A stretch of DNA of 64,000 nt from Antedon mediterranea (taxonomy: Eukaryota > Animalia > Echinodermata), in contig NC_092676.1 in the NCBI RefSeq assembly GCF_964355755.1, forward strand, positions 8,719,888-8,783,887, given 5' to 3'. The notes beneath the pieces are model-generated. The model did not search any database. It was not told the DNA's origin and saw nothing but the letters and a program-made list of their open reading frames with translations. Positions 29,401 to 43,307 of the stretch are shown here, in pieces (the first letter of the stretch is position 1; each line of letters begins with the position of its first letter). Both the position numbers and the translations under genes were made by a program.

Positions 29401-32400
29401 GATGCTAATTGTAAAAATCCAAATAAACCAACTAACTAGCAAGTAAGCAATTTTATTGTGGGGGAAAATTAACAGATTTTACAGAAGTATTTACAAAAAT
29501 TGGCAGATAAAAGCCTCAAATAAATTTTTCCAGACTAAAAACTACAAAAATACAACCATCAAACATCAATTAATCTTGAAATTTTCAAATTATAAAATAT
29601 CTACTAGTTTACTAGAATTGAGATTGGAGAGAAAATGTATGTCATTTCTTGGACATTCAATTTTTTCAATTACTTGATAAAACAATGCATTTAACTAGGA
29701 CTTGTTCATGGTTCATGATTTAAATTTGAAAGACATTGTATGAGGTTTCTAATTCATATTCAGGCCTAGTGTTACAAATTAATAAACTAGAACGATTGAA
29801 ATCAAATAATGCAAATTAATAAAATACAACACAATGTCTGTATGATGTCATTTTACCTAGCAAGTGATCTTGTATTATTTCAAAACATAGTTGTTGATGA
29901 TGAGCAGTAGGTGTAAATTATGTTCTGTTAATATAAATGAGAATGATTATTATGAAGAAAATAAGATAATAAAATATATTTAAAAAATAAATAATTTTGC
30001 AAGAATAGTTTTAAACAAAATTAATCATTACAAATAAGGGACACCTTTGGAACCAAACAAATTGTTCTGTTACAGATATATTATCCCCCTGAAAAAAATA
30101 TTTTGTTGTTAATGTTCCATAATAGTTATTCACTTTTATTTGACCAAACATGTATCATTCAGAACATTTATTTCTCTTCTCTTTTCAATTAACAGAGTTT
30201 GTAAAAAAACAATTTTAAATAAGAGAGGCGAACCCCAGAAAGTGTAAACTTGTGGTGGGCTGCCAAAAAATAAAAAATATCAAAAAAATCATAAAAAAAA
30301 CCAAAGTAAACAAAAAAAAACCGATTGAAAATATCAATGAAATTTGAATTAATATTATTTAGGATTCAGTGATTATATGTGGATAATAGATGCCTTTTTA
30401 GCTTAAAAGTGAAATGTTTTTTTGTTGGCGATTCAGTTATGTATTTGGGTAAGTTGTTCCAATATTTTGGCCCTGAAAACTGAATGTTATGTTGGAAAGA
30501 TAGTGTTTTGTGTAATGGAATATGTATTTTATTTGAGGTTCTTGTGTTATGACTATGATAGTTGAAATTTAATTTGAACAGGGGTTGAAATTGAGCGGGG
30601 ATTAGGGAATTTAACCAAGAGTATACAAAAATACATTGTTGAAGGCAATTTATATCGTAAATTTTTAAAAGGGAAAGGGATGCAAACAACGATCTGAGTG
30701 GGCTCTTGGAGGCGAGTTTGAAATGTTTCTAATACATTTTTTTTGTAGTAAAAGAAGTTTGTTTAGGTACGACGGATAAGTGTTCCCCCAGACAATATTG
30801 CAATAGTGAAGATAATGAAGAATAAGGGAGCAATAGATAGTACGAAGAATGTTTTGAGGAATAAATGCTGAAAGTCTAAAAATAATAACAGAACTTTTAG
30901 ATATTTTGTTTTCGATTTCGTTAATATGGGCTTTCCAGGTCAATCTACTATCTAAATAGACCCCAAGAAATTTTGTTTTATTCACTAATGGTATTTGGTA
31001 AGTGCCAAACTGGAGTTGGTTTGGGCATCCTACTAGTGGTTTGGCCGAATTCCGAAAAATCATAAAATTGCACTTCTTAAAATTTACGGAGAGCTTGTTT
31101 GCAGAAAAGTAATCAAGGATGCTGGGTATGCTATCAATGGTAACTTTAAGGAGCGAGTCTAAATTTGTGTCAGTATGTAGGAGGGTGGTATCGTCTGCAT
31201 ATAAAAGGAATGAAAGTAAATTTGAGGATCGGTAAATATCATTTATATATAGCAAGAACAGTAGAGGGCCTAACAGGGATCCTTGAGGGACTCCACATGT
31301 AATGGGTTGGAGATCGGATATGGATTGTTTAAATTTAGTGCATTGGTAACGGTTGGTCAGATAACTTTTATAAAGATTATACGCAGGGCCACGGATTCCA
31401 TAATTAAATAATTTTGTCATTAGGATATCATTGTCTATTGTGTCAAATGCTTTGGAGAGATCGATAAAAAGGCCAATTGCTAATTTGTTTTTTTCAAATG
31501 CTTGTACAATCTCGTTTGTTAATTTAAGAAGTGCAATAGATGTGTTATGATCCTTACGGAAGCCAAATTGATTTTTGTATAATATGTTATTCTGCTGAAG
31601 AAATGTATATGTTCTGTCATAAATAAGACGTTCAAGAATTTTGGAGAAGATTGGCAGAACTGAAATGGGGCGGTAATTTCCAGGGTCGTGTTTATCACCG
31701 GATTTGAAGATCGGGGTAACTTTTTCTAACTTGAGACTATCGGGAAAGAAACCGTTTGATAAACATAAGTTAAAAATATAGCATAGGGGATCTGATATTT
31801 GATGAAAAACTTGTTTGATAATAGATGGACTTATATCATCAATGCCAGGGGATTTGTCATTTTTGAAATTTTTAACTAAGTCGATTATCTCATCGCTGAT
31901 AACAGGACTGAGAAATATAGAATTTAGGATAGGAGGGGGAAGATAAGTTTTGTAGTTTACATTAGAAGTATTAATGTTTGATGCGAGATTAGGCCCAATA
32001 TTTACGAAATAATTATTAAAGTGGTTGGAAATGGTAGTAGGGTCATCTGTAAGATTACCCCCGCAGTCAATTACAGATTCACCGTGATCACTCACTACAT
32101 GTTTTTTAATTAAGGTGTTTATAATTTTCCAAGTACCTTTAATGTCATCTCTTTTTTGGTAAAATTGATCTTCATAATAATCCTTTTTAGCTTTTTTTAT
32201 TACAGAATTTAGTTTATTTCGAAATTTTTTGTATTCAATTATATTTCTATTAGTTGGGAATTTTAGAGATTTAGAGTACAGTTTATGTTTATGTTTGACG
32301 GAAGTAATGAGTCCATTGGTCATCCAAGTCTTAAGTTTTTATGTTTATTAACCCGATCTTCAAATGAAAAATGCTTATTAAATAACTGTTTAAATTTTGT

Positions 32401-35400
32401 TTCAAAAGAGGAAAATGCACTAAATATCGGTCCAAGACACTCTCTCAAGTTCTTCTCTAAAGTTATTTATGGTGGTGTTATTGATCTTACGAAATGACGG
32501 GTGGGTCTGTGGATTAAAGGAAGGAAGAAATTACTAAATAGTAAGTTGACAAAGTGTCTTGACTGATTATTGGACTGATGTTTTAAAATGTCAATGTTAA
32601 AATCCCCCAATAAATAAATATGTTTGGTTTCACTGGACAAGTTGTTTGATAAGGCGTCAAGCGATTCAATAAAGTTATTTGCATCTAAAGAGGGGGCCTT
32701 GTAGATGACGCCAACAATAATACTTTTCCCAGATTTTCTTTCAATTTCGATAAAAAGTGATTCGTATACGGAACTATCAGATAGTAGATCGACCCTTTCT
32801 TTAAATTTAATACCACTTTGGATATAAAAGCCAACACCTCCACCAGCCCTCCCATGTCTGTTCTTATGAATAAAGGAATAGTGTTCAATTTGTGCTGGGG
32901 GATTATCATCCTTTAACCAAGTTTCTGTAATACCAATTACATCAAAGTTATGGTTAAGGGATTTTAATAATATTTGAATGTTATTTAGATTATGTAGTAA
33001 GCTTCGGGCATTGATATGAAGGGAAGAAAATATTTGTTTATGATTTTCACTTTCACTTAGACAGGCGATTTGTTCAGGTTGGTAGTATTCACAATTTGTT
33101 TGGTGTGAAGAAAAAAAATAGGAATCAGGGTTGAGATTTTGTTCATGTTTATCATATGATGAATAAGGATTAACAATTTGATTATATAATCGGTTTTGTT
33201 TATCATTGTTATTTCCAGTAGGTAGGTTCATTTGGTTTTGTTTACACACACACACACACAAAACTAAACAGGAAGGTCGAAACATGGAGTAGACTAGCGA
33301 TGTAAATAAAAAAATTATCTTTAAAGGTCACTTTAAAATGTGAAAAATTGGAAACAGTACTCGTAGTAATAATAATAACTGAGTCATAGAGAGATATACA
33401 TTTATATTAAAAAGATAAAGTTCAACAGACCATCAAAACCGGTGTCAATGGAGTACACCAGCATTAATGGTGAGGTGAAATAAATCAATTGTTCAAGCAA
33501 GATAAAACATTGTTCAGGATACAGTAACGGGAACCAGTGCTGTAATGTAATAAAAAAAACAAAAAACGTCTGTAAAGTAAAAAAGTTAGTATTTAATTTG
33601 AAGAAGTTCAGATTTTGTCAAGTTCAGTTAGTGAAGAAATAGAAATAATTACTTCCCTGTCGTTCTTGTCTACTGTTGCCGAAATTCTCCCATCTATTGA
33701 CCAAACATTTTTTATCTTTGGGTGTTGTTTGGCCTTAGCAAGTAGGTTACGCTTCATCAGAGTCAGGTCCTCTTGTATTGAGATACCACATCCTTTGAGC
33801 TTCCTGCGTGCAGATATAACTTTCTTCCTACTCCTGTATGATGTAAATTTTACAATGATGGGTCTGGGTCTTCGTGCATTTCCATTCCTGGGTCCAGTTC
33901 TATGGGACCTGTCAATATCTAGATTGGTAATATTAACTCCCAGTTTACTGCTTGCTAGGTCAAGTACGATTTGGTCTGTATTCTCTTGTTTAGTTTCAGG
34001 TATTCCAAACACTCTCAGACAATTTCGCCTTGAGTATTGTTCTAAGTCGTCAATAAGTTCACCTTGTTTTTTTATCTGCCTCTGTATTTCATCCATAAAG
34101 GAATTTTCAGATGCAATGTTGCATGACATATCAGCCATTTTATTCTGACAATCGAAAATTTGACTTTCCAGGTGGTCGAGCCTATCCATTGTTTTCGCCA
34201 TGATCTTGTTTACGGACCTATTAATTGCATCGGCGAAATTATGACTTTCGAGGGCTACGGATACTTGTTTGCTTATAAGATCAGCTATTAATGGACCTTC
34301 GAATGCCTTCCTAACGCTGTCCTCAATAAATCTGGCTAGATCAGGACTACTTATCACGTCAGACAATGCCTTGGAATGTCTTGTTGCCTTGCCTGTGTTA
34401 GTGGCGGGAGCTTCCTTTGTGTTGGTAGCCATGAGGCTAGCTCAAATAGACACAGAGTTGAGGCTAAAAAACAGTAGTAAAGTACCTTAAATGCTCAAAT
34501 GTATTGAAATTTATTTTAAAAAAATTATTTACCGGAAACAACTAAAATTGAAAGCAAAAATATCCAGCCATTGGGGTGATCAACTTCTTTATTAAAACTA
34601 CAAAATGGCCTAATCAAATTCTTATTTTATTAACCTTCATTTTTCATGTTTTGGGGGACAATACATTTTTTAATAGCTGTATATCCACTAAATTAATATA
34701 TAGGTGTTGAATGTAGTGTAAACATATTTCCCCTTCCATTTTAAAATCTTCAATTTATAATAATATTGTTTACCTCCGCCAAGGAGGTATGTAATCGGTA
34801 GCGTGTGTGTGTTTGTTTGTTAGCAGGATTACTCAAAAGTAATCTTTACCAAAATGAATATACATATAGATATGTGGTCAAGGACCATTCCATTAAATTT
34901 TGGGACCATGGTCCCAATTCTGGACTACTTTTTAGTATACTTTTCAGACCTGCTAGTGTTAAAAAATAGGACAGGAATTTTCAAAAGCCGGCGAGCAGTC
35001 TTAAAGTAACAAGTAAACTAAAATTGCATTTTCTCGAACTACTTGCCCAAAAAATGTTTGTACAAGAGGCAAGAGTTATAATTTGTGATTTGTAATTTTA
35101 AAACATAATTTGATTTAATGTGCACGTTGTTTGATGCGAGTAGTTTTAAAAACCTATTTCTTTTCAAATTCACTTGTTTGATTTTCGCTTTGCTGTTCTA
35201 TTGTTTAGCCAACTGAAGCTATTGTTAATTGAAAGGCTTGTTAATACATAACCATTACACCAAACTCGCATACACATGCTTGTAGTGAATTTAGCCCAAA
35301 TCACAAACGGCATTAAGACACACATATATATTTATATTTTTCTTTTACCGGAGAAATCTTATGTAGGAGAATTTTACAGTAGGCGGAGGTATGCACTCTT

Positions 35401-38400
35401 GGAGTGGCTTTCTAGTTTATACTGTAGTAATAGAAAATAAAAAAAGTACATAAAAAAGTAATAAATTTAATTAGAGCCAAGGATGCCTTCTATAATCTAA
35501 ATTTCGTTTTTTCCATTTACAAAATAATATTGAGAAAATATAAGAGCATTTGTCTAATGACTTTGTGTCGTCGTCATTATGTCATTATATATCGAAGATA
35601 TAATAATAGTTGGCTCTTTTATGATTGGAGATGAGCTGAAAATTGCTATAATAGGTAATTAGTATTTGCAGAGTGCATGCTGTAGTTGATTTAAACATTG
35701 CTATGTCGATGACTTGTTGTAGTATGAAGTTAATACTATTAATAGAATTCATAAAAATAAATTGGAAAGATATACACTGTTACACAGTAGAATCATAGTA
35801 AAGGGACAGCTTTGTGACCCAACAAAGTTTAAAGTGTTAAACCTAATTATGTTGCCCCTTGTTTGTTTCACGAGAAAATGTCCCCTGAATAGGTGTTGGC
35901 CATAAGTGTTAAAACATGTTTCCCCTAGTTTTTTTCATGGGAAAATGTCCCCTTCATAGGGGTTGGTCATTGTGTTTTTATATATTTTATTTTGTTAATG
36001 GGATTTCTTATATTTATCTTTTTCTGCAGGAGCCCTCTACTTTTCCATTTCTGATTTGTTCAATATACATTTATCTATGCTTAATGTTTAGAACATGAAT
36101 TGAAGAATATTTTCGTTTTCACAAATGCATTTATTTAACATTAATAAATTGACTTAATAAAGCTGACAAAATACGAAATTCATTTAAACATGCTTTGAAT
36201 CGGCAGATACTTCAAGATCAGTTAGATTTAAATGAGTATTAGCGAAAGTATTTGAAGTGTGATTTGAGAGTAATTGACAAAACAGACCTTGGATTACACA
36301 AGCTCATCGTAATCCATTCAGTTTTACAAACAGAAATCACAACAAATAAGTTGTTTAAAGTATTTATTTTCAGAAAAAAAAAACCACTTGTGTATACATA
36401 TTAAGACAGGTTGTTGTCTTTACTGTATAATGATCCCCCACCCCGACTTTTCCGAAATGTGCCCTAGGCTCTTTACAGTACACAAGATATATATATACTG
36501 GACTGTTTTCTACTATCATTTACCAAAAGAACCATGGTCAAGGAGGGCCTTGAACCTGTGCCGATTATATGACTATCGTTTGTGCTACCCCTGCTTTCCC
36601 ACTCGACATGACTTAAAAAAATTATAATTTAAATAAGTATTATGTGCATGTTTTATCAATTTCAACAATTGTATTGGGAACCATCATTTTAGACATTAGG
36701 GAGCCTTTGATTAACATTGGCCGACCAAGTAAATCATGTTGATTCATTGTTCGCTTGCAGAGATATTAGGATGTGTGTCCTGGCTCCTCACGTCGACACA
36801 GGTTTTAGGGTTTTACTATGTATATTGTTTATATCTTTGAAATTAGATTTATGATGTATACAATTGTTTATATCATTAAATGAAAGAAATGGTCGTTTCT
36901 TAGCCTCCTGTTTATACAATAGTACATAACATCAATGAATACTAAATTTAAAATTGGATTATTTATATTGAACTAAGAATGATTATAATTGGTATCATCA
37001 TAGGTATGGCATCAATTGACCCCTCCCCTTCCCTACACAAAAATAAATAAATAGATGCCAAAATTGTTTTGGTTACTATTTTGGTATTTCATTCTGTCTT
37101 CCTGTTTTCTGAGTCTAGGCGGCCTAGGCTTCAGACTTTCTTAAATCATGTACCAAACAGTCTTGCCTATTTTTCTAAAGGTCTTGCCATATTTCTCAAT
37201 CACACAATCAAGTGTGATATTTCCCATAAATATATAGGTACTTCACATGATTCAATTCAATTCAAATTGTATTTACTTAGATAGGAAATATTTGTTAATG
37301 TTAAGGGTTTCCTTAATAGCCTAAGTGTGAATGGTGAATACTGCCACAAGATCTTACAGAAACACATGGGTAAACCTTTTTTAACCATTAACATTTTCCT
37401 ATTTCTGCTCAACATAGAACATTGTTAACAAATGCAATTGTTTTCAACTGTGCTTACTAGTATTTCTCGCTCGGTGATATTTATCCCCCACAAATAGAAA
37501 GTTCAACCAGAGTTGTTCCTAATACCTGGACTGAGCTGAATCAAAATGAAATACAGTAAAATATTTATAAAGGGAGGGAAATAGAATTTCTTCTCCAATT
37601 TACAGTTAAATAACTTTATAACCATGTAGACATGACAAGGGAATAGGCAGTGTAAATGTGACGCAATTGGAAGTCCAGATTGAAAACATACTATGCTCTA
37701 GAGACATCGGTCAAATCTACATATATTCATTTTTCTTTCTGGTCCATAACATTATTATCACTATAAATTTATTTTTAGATCTACTGGGGATAGGTTTAAA
37801 AAAAAGAAATAATTGTTGATGTTGCTGGCAATGCTTTAAAAAGTGAATAATTTGATAGATGAAATATTGTTTTTATTTGTGTATAATGAACCAGCTTCAG
37901 AGCCAGACAGTGTTATCCTCAATGTAAAATACAAAATTAATTGTTAATTATAATTAAAGAAGATTTTCTCTAAAATATTTGATATGCTCTCTTGTTTTTA
38001 GGATCTTTAGAATATAATTTACAGGCATGTGGCACAGTGTGTTGGCCGTTGCGATCAGGAGTTTGATTCCAACACTAATCACATTGCTTTTAAGTGTCCT
38101 TAGGCAAGACATTTACATTTTCCTCTTTCCTCCCAGGTATCTAAATAGGTACCTGGTATTAAAGTCAAATACAACTGAGCTAATTAGTAGCTGCAACACT
38201 ATGGTTTGTTCCATATGTGTTTGATAAAAAAATGACTTGTAATAATGTGAAGCGCTTCATACACTGTGGTCTATGTGATGTATTGTATTAGTAGTGCTAG
38301 CCTCATGTTTACGGAATGTAGAATTCCTTCTTTTTATGAATTTTTTATGAAAATCAATCAATTCAAGTGCAAATGTTTTAGTCTCAACCAAGTCAGAGAT

Positions 38401-41400
38401 GCTCTCCAGGTGGAATGCCATCATTATTATGAGTAGTAGTAATTAGTATAGTCTTGTTTAATTAATTTATATGTAATTTTACTTTTCTCGGTTGACCAAT
38501 TAGCACCTGTTTGGTCTTTCCTTGCCTTTTATATTTGTTTTGTCTTCTTTGTATTGTATGGCAAAATATTCCGAAATAAAAGATTGAATGAATGAATGAA
38601 TGAGTATATACCATCTGTTTTTAGTGCTTGTGAATTTTTTGTTAAAATGAAATTAGTAACTGAAGAATAAATTAATTTAACAACAAACTGATTTTACCAA
38701 ATTTCCATTCCATTGAACTCATGATTATCATGCATTTGGATAATTGATTGCTGTTTGTGATACTGTAACCAGATATTAAACACTGAATTCATTCTTGCTA
38801 CCTGTTATGTATAAACAAAATATACATTGAGTCATTGACGTTGGGTAATTAATATAATTATATCGACTAATGGCGCGTACTGAATATAAATAGTGTAATT
38901 TATACTGTCGTAGTTTCGCAGCCTTTCTTAGTTTGGTTTTCTCATGATTATTCAGTTTGTTTTATTTTCCATGCACAAACAAAAAATAATTAAAATACAA
39001 AATACAGTGGAGAGACAAATTGTAAGATTATTTTCCATGCAGAACAAATAAATGAACTAATTTTCAACCCTTTAGAAAAAAAAATATATTGTATTTCTGA
39101 AACATCGCATATTGATGAATATGCATATTGCATTTCTATTGTAAAATACAAATTTAATTGTATCTCATCCTTTTGACGTAAGCTGTTGGTCCCATGTATA
39201 CAGGGGTGGGACAAATTTTAAGATGATTTTCTATGCGGAACACAATTATGAACTAATTTTCAACCCTTAGGAAAACAATATAATAATATATAAATAATGT
39301 TGGCATTAATCATATTTTGATAAAATACAATTGTAATTATATCTCATCCTTCTGAGGGGACATAAAACTGTTGGTCCTTGTACGCAAGTGCATGTTAAAT
39401 AACTTTGAATACTATTCAGAAAGTGTAGTCTGATCTGGGTATGCTCTGCACTGCTGCCTGCCATGGGTCCGTAGAGGGCCTAATCAAATTTACTTATTTT
39501 CTAGTAAAGTTTTAGGACCTTTGTTTTACCTTTTAGTTGCTGTCTTAACCAAACTTACAGCAGAGTATTTAGTTTTTAAACGTCTTTTGTGCATATTCAA
39601 TTCTCCAGCATCTTTTACAATGTATTTTCAGATAGCAAAAAACAGTTCTTCACTGACTAGAAATATATGCAGTAATTTCTAGAAATATTATTATTTTTTT
39701 TTCAATATTAGGTTTGTGCTGTGCCGGTTTGTATGGACAAGACAATCAATGGTACCGTGCAAAAATCCTGAAGATTTCTCCTCCAAATAGTATTACCGTC
39801 CAGTATGTTGACTTTGGAACCGCAGAAAGAGTTACTCTTGATAGGTGAGAATTCATTTTTTTTAAACCTCAGAATCGCACATCTTTCAAAACCAGATAAA
39901 CAATGAATTGAATTTTTATTTTATTATTTTGTTTTAGGTACAAACAGTAAACCCTTTATTCAAGGAAATACTAAATATATTCAAGGGACACCACCCCAGA
40001 GGGACACCGCCCCAGAGGGACACTTTGTTTGGGCCCTTATTGGGGGTTCCACTGTATTGTATCTAAGCAGGCAATATTGGATATTGCCTGCTTAGAGGTG
40101 AAATATAAGATTTGACATCCCCGAGGGAATGATATTTTGCTCTAGGGAATATATATTTCCCGGATAATAGTAATTATTTACATGCGCGGCATGTAAAATG
40201 CTGTCTCGTGATGATGTGGGCTAATCTTTGTGAGTTTGAGTCCCAATAGGTGACTTTTATTTATTTATTGCCAACGCGAGTTCTCACTAAATAACACAGT
40301 CAATATCAAACTCCTCGAGAATTTGCTGGATTTTATATGTTTAATGACAGTGACACGCTAATCACGAGAAAATCACTCAGTCAATATCATCATACTCGAG
40401 GAAATATACAATTTACGATCCTCACAGTGGTAGTCATGTGATGCAGTTTCAACCAATTGTGTTCACGTATTTACATAGGCCATGTAATATAATGTATTAC
40501 TTCTTGGTTTTTAAATTGTCTGGCATGCTATTTGCATGCATCTGACATATGTAAGCATTGAGTAAAGTCATGTTGGGACCTGAAATACAATGCTTTATAA
40601 ACTTCTATTAAGAAATATTGTTTCTTGGCAACCTTCTCCTCGGTATTTTGCTACGTTTAAGAGTTCATGCTCTATTTCTTCAGAACTTGTCATTATTGTA
40701 CAGATAGATTTCATAATTTTCTTGTTTCAGCCTAGTCACCACTATTGTAGCTATTTTTTTAGATTTCATGATCTCAACAACCATGGCCTTATTTGATTTA
40801 ATATTTTATGCTTGATATCTTTTATCAACCTTGCTATTCTAAGTATAATTTTGATCCATCTCAATAGTTACGCATAATAAAAAAAATGTACTGTAGTATA
40901 CAAATATATATTGCAGAGAATAAAACGGTATAATTTACATACAGTATTTAAAAAGATCTGGTATAATAATTCTCTCATGATATATTGTAAATGTCTTTAC
41001 TTAGCATTAAAACATTTTAAGATTATAGTTTATTTAAATATTGTGATATTCAAATTTAATAGTTTTACAATGACAAACATGTATTTGTTAATATAAAATA
41101 TGGATTTTTTATATTTGAATTATAATTATTGTTCTGGAAACTAAAATTTACGTTAACCTATAGACTATTGAATAAAGCATTTAGCCATGTATACTTTTAA
41201 CGTGTGCAGTGGTGTGCAGTGCAATCATTTTGTTTTAAATACATGACTAGACAATGAGATGCCATGAATATACCCCTAGTAATAGTATTGGATTTTATTT
41301 GAGATTTCATGCTCTATCTCAAAAGCAACCTTGTTCCTATTAAAGTAATATAGAGATTTTAGTTTTTACAATTTTTTTCTTTTTAGTCTTGATTGTCCAT

Positions 41401-43268
41401 ATTGTAGCTAGATTTAAGTTGTCATGCCCTATTTGGTCATGCCCTATTTGGTCATGCCCTATTTGGTCATGCCCTATTTGGTCATGCCCTAGTATTTGCT
41501 CTTCAGTCTTGGCCTGAGTAGTATTCTATGTCCAAATTGATTCGACGTACAACAAAAGTAGCTTGCTACTGTGTTACTATATAATGTCTTTTAATCATAT
41601 TAGGTAATGTGTTATAGGATAGAAGTAGGTCAGATTTGATATAATACCATTATACGACGGTATTAGTTAGGTAGCCAATGAAATAACTCTCATTTTAAAT
41701 GCCTTAATCCCATTGGGCGGCGTCCAGGGATTAACAATCGTCCTCGTACATGATAATTGCTTATCGGTAGTTAAATACTAGTTGTTTATGTTTTAGTCGT
41801 CACACTCTTTTCTTTTAGCAATAGTTAATACTGTAAGTAGCCAAACGTTTTTATTTAGTGGATAAACACAATTAAGGGACAGTTCAAAGGTGGTGGGTTT
41901 GATTTAGAAGTTAACGGAGCGTTTTTAATAGTTTTCAAATTAAGTTGTTTTTCTAATTGATAATATCAAAAAACAAGGTTTTAAAGATGTATTGTTCCCC
42001 CGAAAAAATAATTATAAATTGAAATTTTTGTTGTTGAATATGCCATTTTAATGTCACATAATAGTTATCTATTTTGAAAAAATAAAAATAAAAATATTCA
42101 AATTGGCTGCCAGCCAATGGATTTTTGGTTGAATTTAACCATTTATTTTGTCATTTTATAAGTGAAAACATTATTTCCTTTCTTTTTTTTCTACAGACGT
42201 GATTAGCTTGATTAAAACTCCAAAATAACCTATTCAAAGTCTAATTTATTTCATCTTCATTTTTCATGTTTTTGGGGGACAATACATCTTTAACATAATT
42301 CAATTCAAGGAAGAATTAATTGGTAGATAGCAACTACTATAGCAAGAACACATCAAGGAGACAACTTGTCTCCCTGATAGGTGTGGGTGTCCCCTAAATA
42401 CATGTTGGATTTAGTGTTAAAACATATTATTTACCGTATTCCATTTCATGATAAAGTATCCCCTTGGTAGGGGTGTCCCTTTAATAGAGGTGTCCCAAAT
42501 GTTCTACTGTACTCTAAAAATCGGTGTTGGTTTGTTTTTTTTAGGGAGAGGGTGGTGGGAAATTTCAATAAATTTCTATTGTTTATAGTGTCATAATTAG
42601 AAACTGTTCAATTACCCGTACACAACAATAGCACTACAATATATCAATGACAGTACTTTACTGAAGGTGAAAAGTTTACATAATCATCATCAACATCACC
42701 AAGTTGAGAGGAAAATATTAGTAGTATTGATATGTAATGGAAATGAGGATTTCTTTTTCAGCATTAGGGGCTTGAAAAAACAACTGGGCACAGATTTATC
42801 AAACTTTATAGCTAGCAAAATAAAGCATCTTAAAATTGTTGAGCAAGTTAATGATTTTTCTTAAAGGCATTTAAGCACAATAACCATATTTTGTGGATTT
42901 TTTCTTCAATCTTAAAGTCCTAAAGAAACTTGTGTGAAAATATAATTTTCATCAAAGGAATTGTTTATATTTCTTTTGGTTTATGTATTAAAAATGCACA
43001 TTTGTCTATTTATCGTCGATCGTTATCGTCCTAGTGTATGGGCCTTATGCTGTAAATGTTCAATTAATTGATCAGTCCGATTTTATTAGTTAGACTCTTG
43101 CACAGTTGCTGTCTAATCGTTGTTGTATAATATCATTTCGAACCATATTAAAATCATATTCCTTAACATGTGGCTGTGCATGGAAGTCCGGTCTACAAAA
43201 ACTCGGGCCCGGGATCATTGTTATTGGGCCTGAAAGTGTTGGTGAATTCATAATTATACTTAATATTA

Positions 43269-43307
<39 letters not shown>

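Larger units (their letters stand above)
30155..34500 (-). mobile_element. Near full-length, decayed non-LTR retrotransposon (CR1/L2/Crack group)
   Basis: ORF1, APE endonuclease and RT in order on the minus strand; aataaa near the 3' end (about 30167); boundaries approximate. Confidence 0.92.

Noticed and set aside
33615-34148. 177-aa plus-strand ORF
   Set aside because: Antisense shadow of LINE ORF1.
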